From contig OZ024742.1 in assembly GCA_964016885.1 (NCBI GenBank), positions 104,098,001 through 104,162,000 on the forward strand: a stretch of DNA of 64,000 nucleotides, in the 5' to 3' direction. Positions 54,001 to 64,000 of this stretch are shown here, in pieces (positions within the stretch are counted from its first letter, which is position 1; each line of letters begins with the position of its first letter). The notes below the pieces were generated by a model that was not told the DNA's origin, did not search any database, and worked only from the letters and a program-made list of their open reading frames with translations. Source of the DNA: Eledone cirrhosa. Its lineage: Eukaryota. The position numbers were made by a program, and so were the translations under genes.

Positions 54001-57000
54001 TAATAGTTGATTATCTTTATGAAAAGAGCCATCAAAAACAATGTGGAAGCAGCAAAGTGTGCATCTAGATGGCTGTGGTTAATGGGAAGTGACAAGTGAG
54101 GTCAGTATGTATGCCTGCCACTTGGACACTGACTGTGGCTTGGTCAACATTAGTTGGGTCACCTGGATGTTGGTATATGTTGTAAGACCAGAAAAATCTA
54201 GTGACTCCAGAGTACAACATTGATGATGTGACCAAAGTTTTGAATCTGTGTATGTGTAAAGAACATACAAAGAGAAATATACAATAAAAAATATAAGGAA
54301 CTTACTTGTTCTAGGTAAGCTTTTGTAATGTACTGGAAATAGTTGGGGGCGAACACTTGGAAAGAAGCCGCCTCTACATTAGACATCTGCTTCAAAATGA
54401 AACGATTATCTGGAAAATTCAACAGTGAAAAAAAAGACAATATAAGACTGTGTGATTTAGGAGTTCACTTCACAGCCATGTGGTTCTGGGTTCAGTCATG
54501 CTGAGTGGTACCATCAGCATGTGTCTTCTGCTATAGCCTCAGGTTGACCAATGCTTTGTGAATTGGAATTTGGTAAATGGAAACTGCAGAAGCCCATTAT
54601 ATATATATATATATATAATAATAATTGTTTCTACTTTTGGCACAAGGCCAGCAATTTTTCCAGTGTATTACTGGTACTTTATTTTATCGACCCCGTAAGG
54701 ATGAAAGGCAAAGTTAACCTCAGCAGGATTTGAACTCAGATAATAAAGGGCCGTAACTCTTTGCTGCAAAGCATGGCATCCAACTCTCTACCGATACTCC
54801 CAAATAATAATAAATGTGAAGACTAAAATCCGAAGAGGGCTCAATAAGGATAATATATATATAAAAATATATAAAACCGTAGAGCAAAACTTTTTTTTTT
54901 TGTAGTTTCAGAAGATCCTGTTAAGGGTGAAAGCAGCGATTCTTTGCTTAAACTTTAATTTGTTATTTTAATAAATAAATATATATATATTTAGGCTCTG
55001 TAAGTGGCATAGGTTTTGTGTACGCAGTTTGGGCAGCATTCAGCATAGAACCTTTGGCAAATAGTATCTCATAGCTTTCAGAGCTACATAAACCACAGCC
55101 CACATGTCTCTCTGTGTATGAGCACACCTTATGGAGTGTTTTCTGATGAGGGTGAAGGGGACGGATTTCTTCTTAAGGTCCCATACATAGGTGGCCAGTG
55201 CAATTTGGTTTGCTTTGTTCAGTCTTCTAAAGGAGTGGGTATAGACATACCACCGGGTCTTTAAACTTTAAAGTCATGGTGATGTTTTTTGTTGTTGTTG
55301 TTACCTAAGACAGCATTTCATTTGTAATAATATATATATATGTACGTCTGTGTCTTTATGTCATTAAAATAAGTACTGGGGTCAATATGACCGACTAAAT
55401 CAAGGTGGTGCCCAAGCATGGCCGCAGTCTAGTGACTGAAACAAGTAAAACAGTAAACAAGTAAATAAGCAAACAAGATTGTAATCCTTCCCTTTGCCTC
55501 TGAAAGAAATATATTTATTCAAGCATTTTTGTATTAAACCATGCTCACATGTCTGTAACTTCTTAGTTAATAAATGTTTGATTTTATCTCTTGTCTGAAG
55601 AATGTAAGTAAACAACTGTTTGTTAAAATTCCATGTCATTTCTTTTTAATGTATGTAATATGTATATGGATTTGACATCAAAGAAATAGTCTTCTTAATA
55701 AGACTGTATGGACTTGTACCTCCTGATGAAGATGTAGGAGTACCCTCATAATGCATAGTAGATCTTGGACATCTTAAACCTGACAGAGCCCATCCCATCT
55801 CTAGATCAGAATATAGCCAATTCATTCCAGAGAAGGAGAGAGAGAGAAAGTGAGAAAGAGGCTCACCCAATATGTGAATCTTTTGCCATCAACTTTCATC
55901 TATAGTACTATCTAGCTCTATGGGATAAAGATAGAGTTTCAGAAGCTAACAGGGAACTTTTTATATAATTGCAAAAACCTGCTTTTTGAAACTTTGACAT
56001 ACTATATCATGATAAAATACACTTGGAAGATTGCAAGACTGTATGTAAGTGAGATATGGGTCTCTCACTTGGTAGAATGCAAGAATGTACAAAAGCTGAG
56101 TAAACTGTAGCAATGTGAAATAAAGTGTCTTGCTCAAGGAAACAACACATCACTCGGTCTGAGAATTGAACTCACAACCTTTCGATTGCAAGACCAATGC
56201 TCTAACCACTAAGCCATGTGCCTCCATGATAATGGTAATGCTGATGATGATGTTAGTGCTGTGTATTTCAGAGGAAAATTCTATGGAAATATGTATACAT
56301 ACCACAGGTCTTTGAAAAAGCTGATCTAGATTTTCCACCTTTAGCTGACCAGCGTTGACAGTGATTCATTGAGCGAATAAATCTGAAAGAAATGAACAAA
56401 TAACATAAATGAAGTGGTATGAAGATGCATGGCTTAGTGGTTAGAGTATTTGGTTCATGAGATCCCCGTAGTGCACTGTGTGCACTTTATTTCACATTTC
56501 TCCAGTCCACTCAGCTTGCAAATATGATTTATTCCTGTAATTCAAAAGACCAGCCATATCACATTCGTTGTCACGCTGAATCCCTTTGAGAACTACGTTA
56601 AGGGTACACATATCTATGAAATATTCAGCTACATGCACGTTAATTTCACAAGCAAACTGTTTCACTGATCTAACAACTGAAACACTTATGTTAACATCTA
56701 TATTAATCTTTAGCACGCTAGTAATTTTTATGAGTTATTTTTCTTGAGACTATTAAGGGGAGGTTACTCTTATGGTGCATTTTGTCGGCCACAGCATGCT
56801 GAAGATTAAGAGGCCTTTCATTGCGAGAATAAAAAAAACAAGACTTTACTGTTACTTACACATCTTCTCCAGCTGGGAATACCAAAGAGCGTAGCTCTCT
56901 GAACTGCTCTGCGAAATGCACACGACAATAGAAACGAGATGAAGGATCACAAAACTCTAGAAAATGGAAACAAACCAAAGTAACAGTAATTAATGAAAAA

Positions 57001-58216
57001 TATGTTGTTGCTATTAAAGAGAATATAATTGTTTCAACTATTAACCCGTAAGCATTTACATTACGCTATATTTACTATTGTATTTTTGAGGTTAAGGCTT
57101 TATCTTACATAATTATTTCACATAATATCGAATCTACGAAATTTTGATGTTATTTATTTTGAGAACAATACCTTAACATTAGTATGAGCAGCCAGTTATG
57201 GCCAGTTTGGACAGAAAGAGGTGAGAGAATTCTGGCCAGATATGGCCGGTTTAAATGCTAAATAGTTAAACTCTCATCCTTAGAGGTGAAATATTTATTT
57301 GATATTTATATCTACACTGCATGTAGGATCAGTTTCACCTTCAATTGTCATTAATTACCTTATTTCTAGATGTGTACATGTGACATAATAGATCATCTCA
57401 TCAGTTTTTCTGACCACTTTCCATTCTGGCATGGACTAGACATGTAAAAGGGACATTAAATGATGATGAAGATGATCAAAGATGTCACATGTGGATATAA
57501 ACATTATTATCTTAACACTGAGTTCAAATCCCGCCGAGGTTAACTTTGCCTTTCATCCTTACGGGATCGATAAAATAAAGTACCAGTAATGTACTGGGTA
57601 ATTGATGGCCTTGTGCCAAAAGTAGAAACAATTATTATCTTAACACTTTATGACTATATTTCTAATGAAAGACACTGCCTATGTTTTTTAATTAATTTTG
57701 AAAATAATTAAAAATTTGAAGAGATTTGGTAAAATAAACTAACTTCCTCATTATTAAATTGGTATTTGGAACATAACTTAACAAGGTTCTTACAAAAATA
57801 TTGTTATGGAAGGTTTTGATTTAAAAATAAAAATTTTGTATTGAGAGGTTTTGTATAAGAAAATATGGTGGCTTCAGGGTTAATAAGTTTATAATTTTTC
57901 ATAAATTGTGAATAATTTCACATATATATGTTTATATATATTTAATAAACACACACACTCTCTCTCTCTCTTTCTTTGCATAAAAGGTGGGTTGAAGAAG
58001 AAGCAACGAAACAATTAGAAGAAACATGAGGATAACAAAAGATGATTTGAAAGAAGGAAGAGAACTGGAAGGAGGAAAAGGAAATTGAAGAAATGCTGAT
58101 ATGAAGATAAAAAATAATGAAAAACTTACGGATTTCTATATGTGGGTTAATGGCTAGTTTACAGGGTTTTGTCTTCTCCCCATCCACAGGTGTAGAGCTA
58201 CTTCCATCACTAACAT
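48167..58216 (-). CDS. PIKFYVE: PIKfyve/FAB1 1-phosphatidylinositol-3-phosphate 5-kinase, 3' portion (9 exons; 5' part continues beyond 58216)
   Basis: Hand-spliced exons 58216-58130, 56956-56860, 56382-56303, 54409-54306, 51413-51285, 50450-50357, 49913-49752, 48479-48405, 48288-48167. All are GT-AG and all phases join. Translation contains GGKS, DNRFILKQM, LAKILGVY, DLLVMENL, FDLKGS, MDYSLLVG, GIIDYIRTFTWDKKLE and KMPTVV, which are diagnostic of Fab1/PIKfyve. Confidence 0.97.
48405..48479 (-). CDS. PIKFYVE: PIKfyve exon (D)YIRTFTWDKKLEMVVKATGILGGA, activation loop
   Basis: tttcag acceptor, gtaag donor, 75 nt. TFTWDKKLE is the type III PIPK signature. Confidence 0.97.
48690..48965 (+). mobile_element. 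RTE LINE RT fragment in a PIKfyve intron
   Basis: GMKISASKTETLV..RKPVQCTLHVNGVPLKQVEKFKYL. Confidence 0.8.
49752..49913 (-). CDS. PIKFYVE: PIKfyve exon (V)SIDSPLYIRPHSKAVLAQAIDSDSKFLASNFIMDYSLLVGQDDQMKELVVGII(D)
   Basis: ttacag acceptor, gtgagt donor, 162 nt. MDYSLL catalytic motif. Confidence 0.97.
50357..50450 (-). CDS. PIKFYVE: PIKfyve exon TFDLKGSVRNRLVNLSGKQEEEVLLDQNFLQ
   Basis: ttccag acceptor, gtaag donor, 94 nt. DLKGS motif of PIP kinases. Confidence 0.96.
51059..51114 (-). ncRNA. Type I hammerhead ribozyme with one core substitution (PIKfyve intron, sense strand)
   Basis: ttgtggtg-CTGAAAA-GGCTT(11 nt)AAGCT-GAAA-CC gctt GG-TA-ccacaa. A more decayed copy lies at ~15478-15530. Confidence 0.7.
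51285..51413 (-). CDS. PIKFYVE: PIKfyve exon KPTVLAKILGVYTIGFRNNQTSTVMKQDLLVMENLLYNRKFSQ
   Basis: atcag acceptor, gtgaa donor, 129 nt. Lies within ORF 51186-51569. Confidence 0.95.
54306..54409 (-). CDS. PIKFYVE: PIKfyve exon (D)NRFILKQMSNVEAASFQVFAPNYFQYITKAYLEQ, catalytic lysine
   Basis: ttccag acceptor, gtaag donor, 104 nt. Lies within ORF 54198-54440. Confidence 0.95.
54995..55275 (-). mobile_element. Penelope-like element GIY-YIG endonuclease C-terminal fragment
   Basis: KTRWYVYTHSFRRLNKANQIALATYVWDLKKKSVPFTL...CGLCSSESYEIL resembles the PLE pattern FK.R...H..SF...LS.YIW.LK...C.LC..EK. Confidence 0.7.
56093..56226 (-). mobile_element. tRNA-derived SINE, inverted relative to the SINE at 56420-56700
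   Basis: gagaattgaactcacaacc..ctctaaccactaagccatgtgcctcca. Near-identical copy at ~38345-38481. Confidence 0.85.
56303..56382 (-). CDS. PIKFYVE: PIKfyve exon FIRSMNHCQRWSAKGGKSRSAFSKTC(D), glycine-rich loop
   Basis: tttcag acceptor, gtatgt donor, 80 nt. FIRS...W..GGKS motif. Confidence 0.95.
56860..56956 (-). CDS. PIKFYVE: PIKfyve exon (Q)FCDPSSRFYCRVHFAEQFRELRSLVFPAGED(V)
   Basis: ttctag acceptor, gtaagt donor, 97 nt. Similar to QFSD..AKFYC. Confidence 0.93.
57042..57269. mobile_element. TTAA-flanked MITE (piggyBac-like termini)
   Basis: ttaacccgtaagcattta...taaatgctaaatagttaa. Related termini at 28327, 28920, 53050 and 62900. Confidence 0.6.
57503..57647 (+). mobile_element. Young 5'-truncated SINE with a perfect 17-bp TSD
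   Basis: ATTATTATCTTAACACT at 57503-57519 and 57631-57647 flanks the SINE body. Confidence 0.9.
58130..58216 (-). CDS. PIKFYVE: PIKfyve exon (D)VSDGSSSTPVDGEKTKPCKLAINPHIEI(Q)
   Basis: tttag acceptor, gtaag donor, 87 nt. NPHIEI matches the NPHVEL segment before the kinase domain. Phase 1 joins the next exon. Confidence 0.88.
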
Positions 58217-60196
58217 CTAAAGGAAAATATTAAGGAGTAGACTAGAGATATACCTTCACACTGTTATACAATGTCTTGTTTGAAGTATACAGAATGTCAG
58301 TTAAAATTTTGCCAAGACTCAACAACGCTAAAGTCAGACTTTATAACTAAATGATTAGAACACGTTCAAGACACCCCATCCCACACAACCACACATAGAA
58401 AGACAATTTAGTTCCATACAACATTAACTAGTGACCAGTGGACTTGTAGGTTACTATGGTACTTTTGGCAAGAAACTTTTGTGCTACTCAAACAACAAAG
58501 TCCACCTAACTGATGCCAGCCTGGGTTTGCAATACTGTACCATTATCCAGGATTTAAAGAAACATTATCCCAAAACCAAGGTGTTTGGGTAGAGAGAATA
58601 CTTTGATGTCTGGGTAGCAGCATTCTCAGGAATGAGTGGGTGCATTGGTTCTCATCTGACTCTCACTTTTATTTCTGGGAAATATTTCAGTACACACTGG
58701 TAAATATTTCAGATTGAAAGCTAAACTTAAGGAAGGACTGGACACATGGAGAGGAGATGGGCAACGCTAAATTTTTCTAAGGCCTATTGGAATACCATGA
58801 TGGAAACTCAGTAAAACATCTAGAGTGGCACCCAAATGACTGGATGTACCAGTTGCAAGAACTTAATTAATTTATCATCATTTATCTCAATTTTTTAATG
58901 TCGTCTATGAGATGCCAAGCCTCTTCAACTTTAACCATATTACTTCTTCCCATACCATCTTTGATCTTCCTCTTCCACAGTCCATCCCAGAATTATATTT
59001 TGGTCCTCCCAGCACATACACATCATATGTCATTCATACTAGCATGGTCATCTCTCTTGCAGATTTCAGTTGATGCATTTAATGTTTACAAACTCTCTTA
59101 ACTCACACAGCCTTTTATCAAATTTAACATTGCACATTCAATAATGGATATGTAATCAGTTTAAACAATTTAACTAGTAATAGAAAGAAAGAAAAGAATT
59201 GTATAATGAAAAAAAGGAGGAAGAGAAAGGGAGGGACAGACTCTACACAACTACATAAATAGCATAGGTCAGCTGTGCTTCACAGACAAAATGGAGAAAG
59301 CATTGCCACGGAGAACAGACAGTGACACCCACTGCATCAGCCACTCCATCTTACAAAATTCCTTTCTCAAATGGGATGCACTGCTCTTCATTTTGTACAG
59401 GAAAATATCAGTCTTCAAAACATTTCTCACTAGCTTCTGAAGAGATCACCATTTAATGCTCATATCATATGTATACTTCATTAAAATATTGCAGAGTTGA
59501 AACAACAAGAAATATTTGCAAAAGCAATACAAAATTATTTGTCAAGTGATAGTGTGAGATCATGTGTTAAAACTGAAACAATTATATCTTAGAGAGGCCA
59601 TTGTAGCCATTTAAAAACTCACAAAAAGTTTTCATTTACTTTGTGAAGTGTCAAAATTTTTGTCACACCCATGTGACCCAACCACTGACATCACAGCATT
59701 AGCGAAAATTAATGTAAAGTTAATATAACAGTTTTTGTGAGGTTCTTCCTTTAATGGCTAAAATGCTCCCTACAAGATGTAAAGTTTTTTTTTTTTAATG
59801 ATGAACAATTATGGAGGTTCTACTAATATAAACCAAAAATTAACACACACTGCATATGTGACATCAGTAATAATAACTACATGCTTCAACTAATGAGAAA
59901 TTTAAAATTAGTCGATCTTATGTCAATCCTTTGATACTCTATGACCACTGCTAAGTATGTTATCAATACACCACCAATATGACCATTCTGATACTGAAAA
60001 TGGAGCCATGACGGCTTCAAAGTGATGACACACATGTGGATTTAGAAGCACTACTGTTCCAAACTAATAAGGAATTATAAAAAATCCTTAATAAAAATTA
60101 TCAAACTGGAGTATAGTTGTTTTCAATATAACATACTTTCAAAATTAGCTCAACATTTCTTGGACACAATTAATTCTTTATATATAAATGTGTGTA

Positions 60197-60229
<33 letters not shown>

Positions 60230-60273
60230 CTTTTTCAGAAGTTGACTGGAGATGGAACTGTACATATATACAT

Positions 60274-60304
<31 letters not shown>

Positions 60305-60879
60305 AAAAGAAAATTAGTCTCCTGATTTTTTCATAGCAAGAATTTATTCTTTCTGCCTCACTTAATGACATAATTGGATATTTAATTCTCCTTGCATAGA
60401 TTTCAGCATATCTGAAGAGAATGACTCCACACATTATCATCATGTATTCTATTTTTCAATTTAATTATAAATTTTTTTTAAATATTTACATCAGCATCCA
60501 TGAGTTGATATTTCTCAGTTTCAAAAGATCCCACTTTAGGGTGAAAACAGAAATTGTTTGCGTAAACTTTTAGTCTGTGCTAATAATAAATATTTTCTCT
60601 ACAACTTTTTATATACTTATATATACAACCCTTATTTACTCCTCTCTGGATTTTGGTCTTTGTATTTATTACTAGCAGAATGGCCCCGCGTTGCTCAGGA
60701 TTCTAAACATAGATTGGCATGCTTATCCCTCCTTTCTGAAACAGTTTCGTTGTATGTTCACCAATTGATGCAGAAGTCCTAATAAAAAGTGAAGTCGCCT
60801 TCGGTGAATAGGCAAATAATTTTCCATTAAGATTTTTCAAAAGCATGTAATTGCACTCTTTTTTGTTGTTGTTTTTGCT

Positions 60880-61370
60880 GCTGTTCAGCCTCGCTTCTCC
60901 ACGCTTACATGGGTTGGACGGGTCCTTTTCAGCACACCATTTCTCCACATGTTATGATACTTTGTCATCACTACTGTGAGTTTCAGTGATTTGAAATCAG
61001 CTCTCAGCACCACTCCCCAGGTCTTCCTTGGCCTTCTCTATTTTAGCTTCCTTCCACTGGGATTTCTTGGCACTTCTTGACCCAGCAATCACCATCTATG
61101 TGCATCACATGTCCATACCAATGCAGTCTTCTCTCTTGCACACTACTTCTGATTCCTCTTATACTCAGTTTTTCTCACAGTTCATCCAAGCTCTGTTGTT
61201 CTCTTAGATTAACATTGCACATCCTCCAATTTTTCCAGCCTGTGCTTACCCTCTGCAGCGTAGCTCTTTGCACACATGTGACATACAGTCAAACTTTTAT
61301 TTGGAGGGAGAAACCTGTTGTAGTCAACAGAGGTAGTAGATCCCTAAACTTCTTCCATGTTGTAGTTTGC
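60880..61370 (-). mobile_element. Decayed RTE-like LINE 3' portion
   Basis: Minus strand reads ..LHWYGHVMHID...RPRKTWGVVLRAD. A similar relic lies at ~32920-33290. Confidence 0.65.
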
Positions 61371-62383
61371 TTGAAGCATTGTGGAATATAAAAATGTAAA
61401 GTGGGTATGTTTAGGAAGCTGTACATGTGTGTGTTTGAAATACGAAGGCAACAAGTCAGGAAGGAATTGAGAGAGGTGAGGTAGAAAGTAAAAATATATA
61501 TAATTTAGAAAATTGAAATATAGTGTATATTTGTATTGGTGACACACTCTTAACATACTTCCAAGAAATGTGTATAGGAACTTTTGTATTAGTATGTGTG
61601 TGTCCTTATTGTTCTCATTCTGTCTGTGAAAACAATTCAAAAGAAACTGTAATAACTGCACACAGAATCAGTGTGACATGAGATAACTTACAATTACATA
61701 CATTATCAATATAAATATAAACAATATCACACATATCACAGATATATCTCAACATGCACACACATAACCATATCTGTTTCATACACATACATACTTACAC
61801 ACAAACACACCCATACATGCAAACACATACATACACACACCTATACACACATATATACACCCACAAACATATACACACAGATGCATACAGATACATGCAC
61901 ACTCACATATACATACCCATAATAAAATCTTCCCATAACCAATCATTATGTGAAAATAAGTAAAAAATGCAAGGAAAGAAAAGCTGTGTGAAAATTAGTT
62001 ATCTTTATACTTAAAAAAAAAAAATAGGTGATAACTGGACTTTAACAAATCTGAGAAAATTGTATGACATGGACTTGAATTACAGATAAACCTATTTCCA
62101 TGTACAAGAGGCATATTGTGAAATTAGCTGAAGTATGAGACAAGATATACATTAGTTAGGCTTTATGATTTAACAGACAAAACAAGTTGACATGCAAAGC
62201 AAACACTATGACTAAAAAAAAGCATACATGTAAAAATGGTGTATTAAAAATAACTACATGCATTACAATTCAATACCAACAACATTTGGTTTATGACAGC
62301 CATATAACATAAACTGCAACCCACAAGCTTTCTAATGGTGTATATTTTTATCTATATCAATGTAGTTGAAGTAAAATTCATAC

Positions 62384-62431
62384 CATCATCAAAATCAATA
62401 ACATCATCATCATCACCATCATCATGCTGTT
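62384..62431 (-). CDS. Possible acidic 48-nt PIKfyve exon (QHDDGDDDDVIDFDD)
   Basis: AG acceptor, gtatga donor, and a phase-1 end compatible with exon 58216. The acceptor is weak and the sequence is (GAT)n-like. Confidence 0.3.
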
Positions 62432-64000
62432 CTAATCATAATATTTTCACTGAAACATCTCCCACCCTGGGACTTAACGAAATTTATTTCATGCCTACCA
62501 TTTATTCCTTAGTATACATTATTACAATTGTTCCCATTGATATGTTGATTATATACTAAATATCAAATGCAACATTTTCATTTAAGCCTTTCATGATCAT
62601 ATTTCACTCTATATGAATTAATCAATTAAGAATGTTTATACATTTACTATGATTATTAATTATTCCCGCCGAGGTTGACTTTGCCTTTCATCCTTACGGG
62701 GTCGATAAAATAAAGTACCAGTAATGTACTGGTTAATTGTTGGCCTTGTGCCAAAAGTAGAAACAATTATTAATTATTTCATTACTAAGATAGTAGCATG
62801 ATTCTTATATAAAGTTATGCTGAAGATTTAAATTTAAATAGGAACCCTTTAAAATTGGTGAGTTTGTTTCATAGAACCAGAGTCTGTTTTGGCCAGGCTG
62901 GTATCAAAACAGTTAAGTTGATGTTTGGAAGATAACTTAATATATGGTTTTATATAGAATTATGTTGGAAGTGTATAATAATTGTTTCTACTTTTGGCAC
63001 TAGGCCAGCAATTATCCCAGTGCATTACTGGTAATGATAATTCCTAACCTCAGAAATTTAGAAAAATGTATGTATATGTTTGTATAAGTCAATATTTTCC
63101 CCTTTGTGTAATTATCTTTGAATTTATTTGCACATTTAGACATGTTGATTTATGTGAATTAATGTCCTGCTTTATCCATACATAGTAAATTTCTACAGCT
63201 GGATACCCTTGCTGATGCCAACACATACTTTTCAGTATGGAAGAGATTCCATACATACAAGTCATGGGCTTTCACAGAGTCACCATCTACCAAATTCAGT
63301 CAGAGGGCATTGGTTGGCCAGGGGTTGTATCAGAAGACACTTGCTCAAAGTGCCATGCAGTGGGACCGAAACTGGAACTATTATACATGTTTTAGAAGTG
63401 AATTATGTAATTTATAGCTATATATTTAGCTTGAATACATTAGTATGGTATATATATTTGAATCCCTTTCTTCTTATTAATATAATTATTATTACTTTTC
63501 TGTTCTATTTATATTTTTACATTTTACACTAATTTAAAATTATCCCTTCTTCCTTCTTAATCCAATTCTTTATTATATTTTATTATATCATATATTTGTT
63601 TCTTTGTATAATTTCTTAGCATCTCTAGGTCTTTAACTTTCATGACCTTTTAAAATTCTATTTTATGCCTTCCTCCAAGCCTTACCTTTCACTATATAAT
63701 GAACCATTATTGGCAAATCTATTTATGTATAATAAAACATTTCTGTATTGAGTCCTTTTTCAGTGAATATAACCTGTTACTTTTTTTTAAAGAACGCATA
63801 AATATATATATTCTTTATTAAGGCCTAACAAGAGTCCTGAGATTCTTGAGTTTCTACTGTGTGCTCACAGCTTAGTACTATATATATATATAGTAATAAT
63901 AATAAATTTGAAGACTAAAATCCAAAGAGGACTCGATAAGGATAAATATATATCAAATATATAAGAACCGTAGAGCAAATATTTATTAAAATAACAGATT

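Noticed and set aside
60362-60411. Possible PIKfyve exon YAEIYARRIKYPIMSL (cag...gtgagg, minus strand)
   Set aside because: No recognisable similarity, and its entry phase does not fit the other upstream candidate. It cannot be supported without RNA data.

Overview
AT-rich, microsatellite-dense eukaryotic DNA. The SINE/MITE repertoire points to an octopod cephalopod (inference). The only host gene I can support is the 3' part of PIKfyve/FAB1 (PI3P 5-kinase) on the minus strand: nine phase-consistent GT-AG exons between 58216 and 48167, missed by the ORF track, covering the kinase domain to the stop codon. The rest is transposon debris: a CRE-clade non-LTR RT relic with several 3' ends, an internally deleted CsRn1-type Gypsy, Merlin and mariner fragments, RTE and CR1 pieces, a Penelope GIY-YIG fragment, many tRNA-derived SINEs and MITEs. 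Three things stand out. (1) The PIKfyve glycine-rich loop reads GGKS-R (codon AGA, in a UAG context) where animals and yeast have GGKS-G, and that exon sits between inverted SINEs, so it is a candidate for restorative A-to-I recoding. (2) A dispersed set of mostly mutated type I hammerhead ribozyme motifs and foldback inserts sits in (TA)n/(GA)n tracts, resembling Penelope pLTRs. (3) A palindromic composite element has SINE copies as its outer arms. Exon coordinates were counted by hand. Repeat boundaries are approximate.
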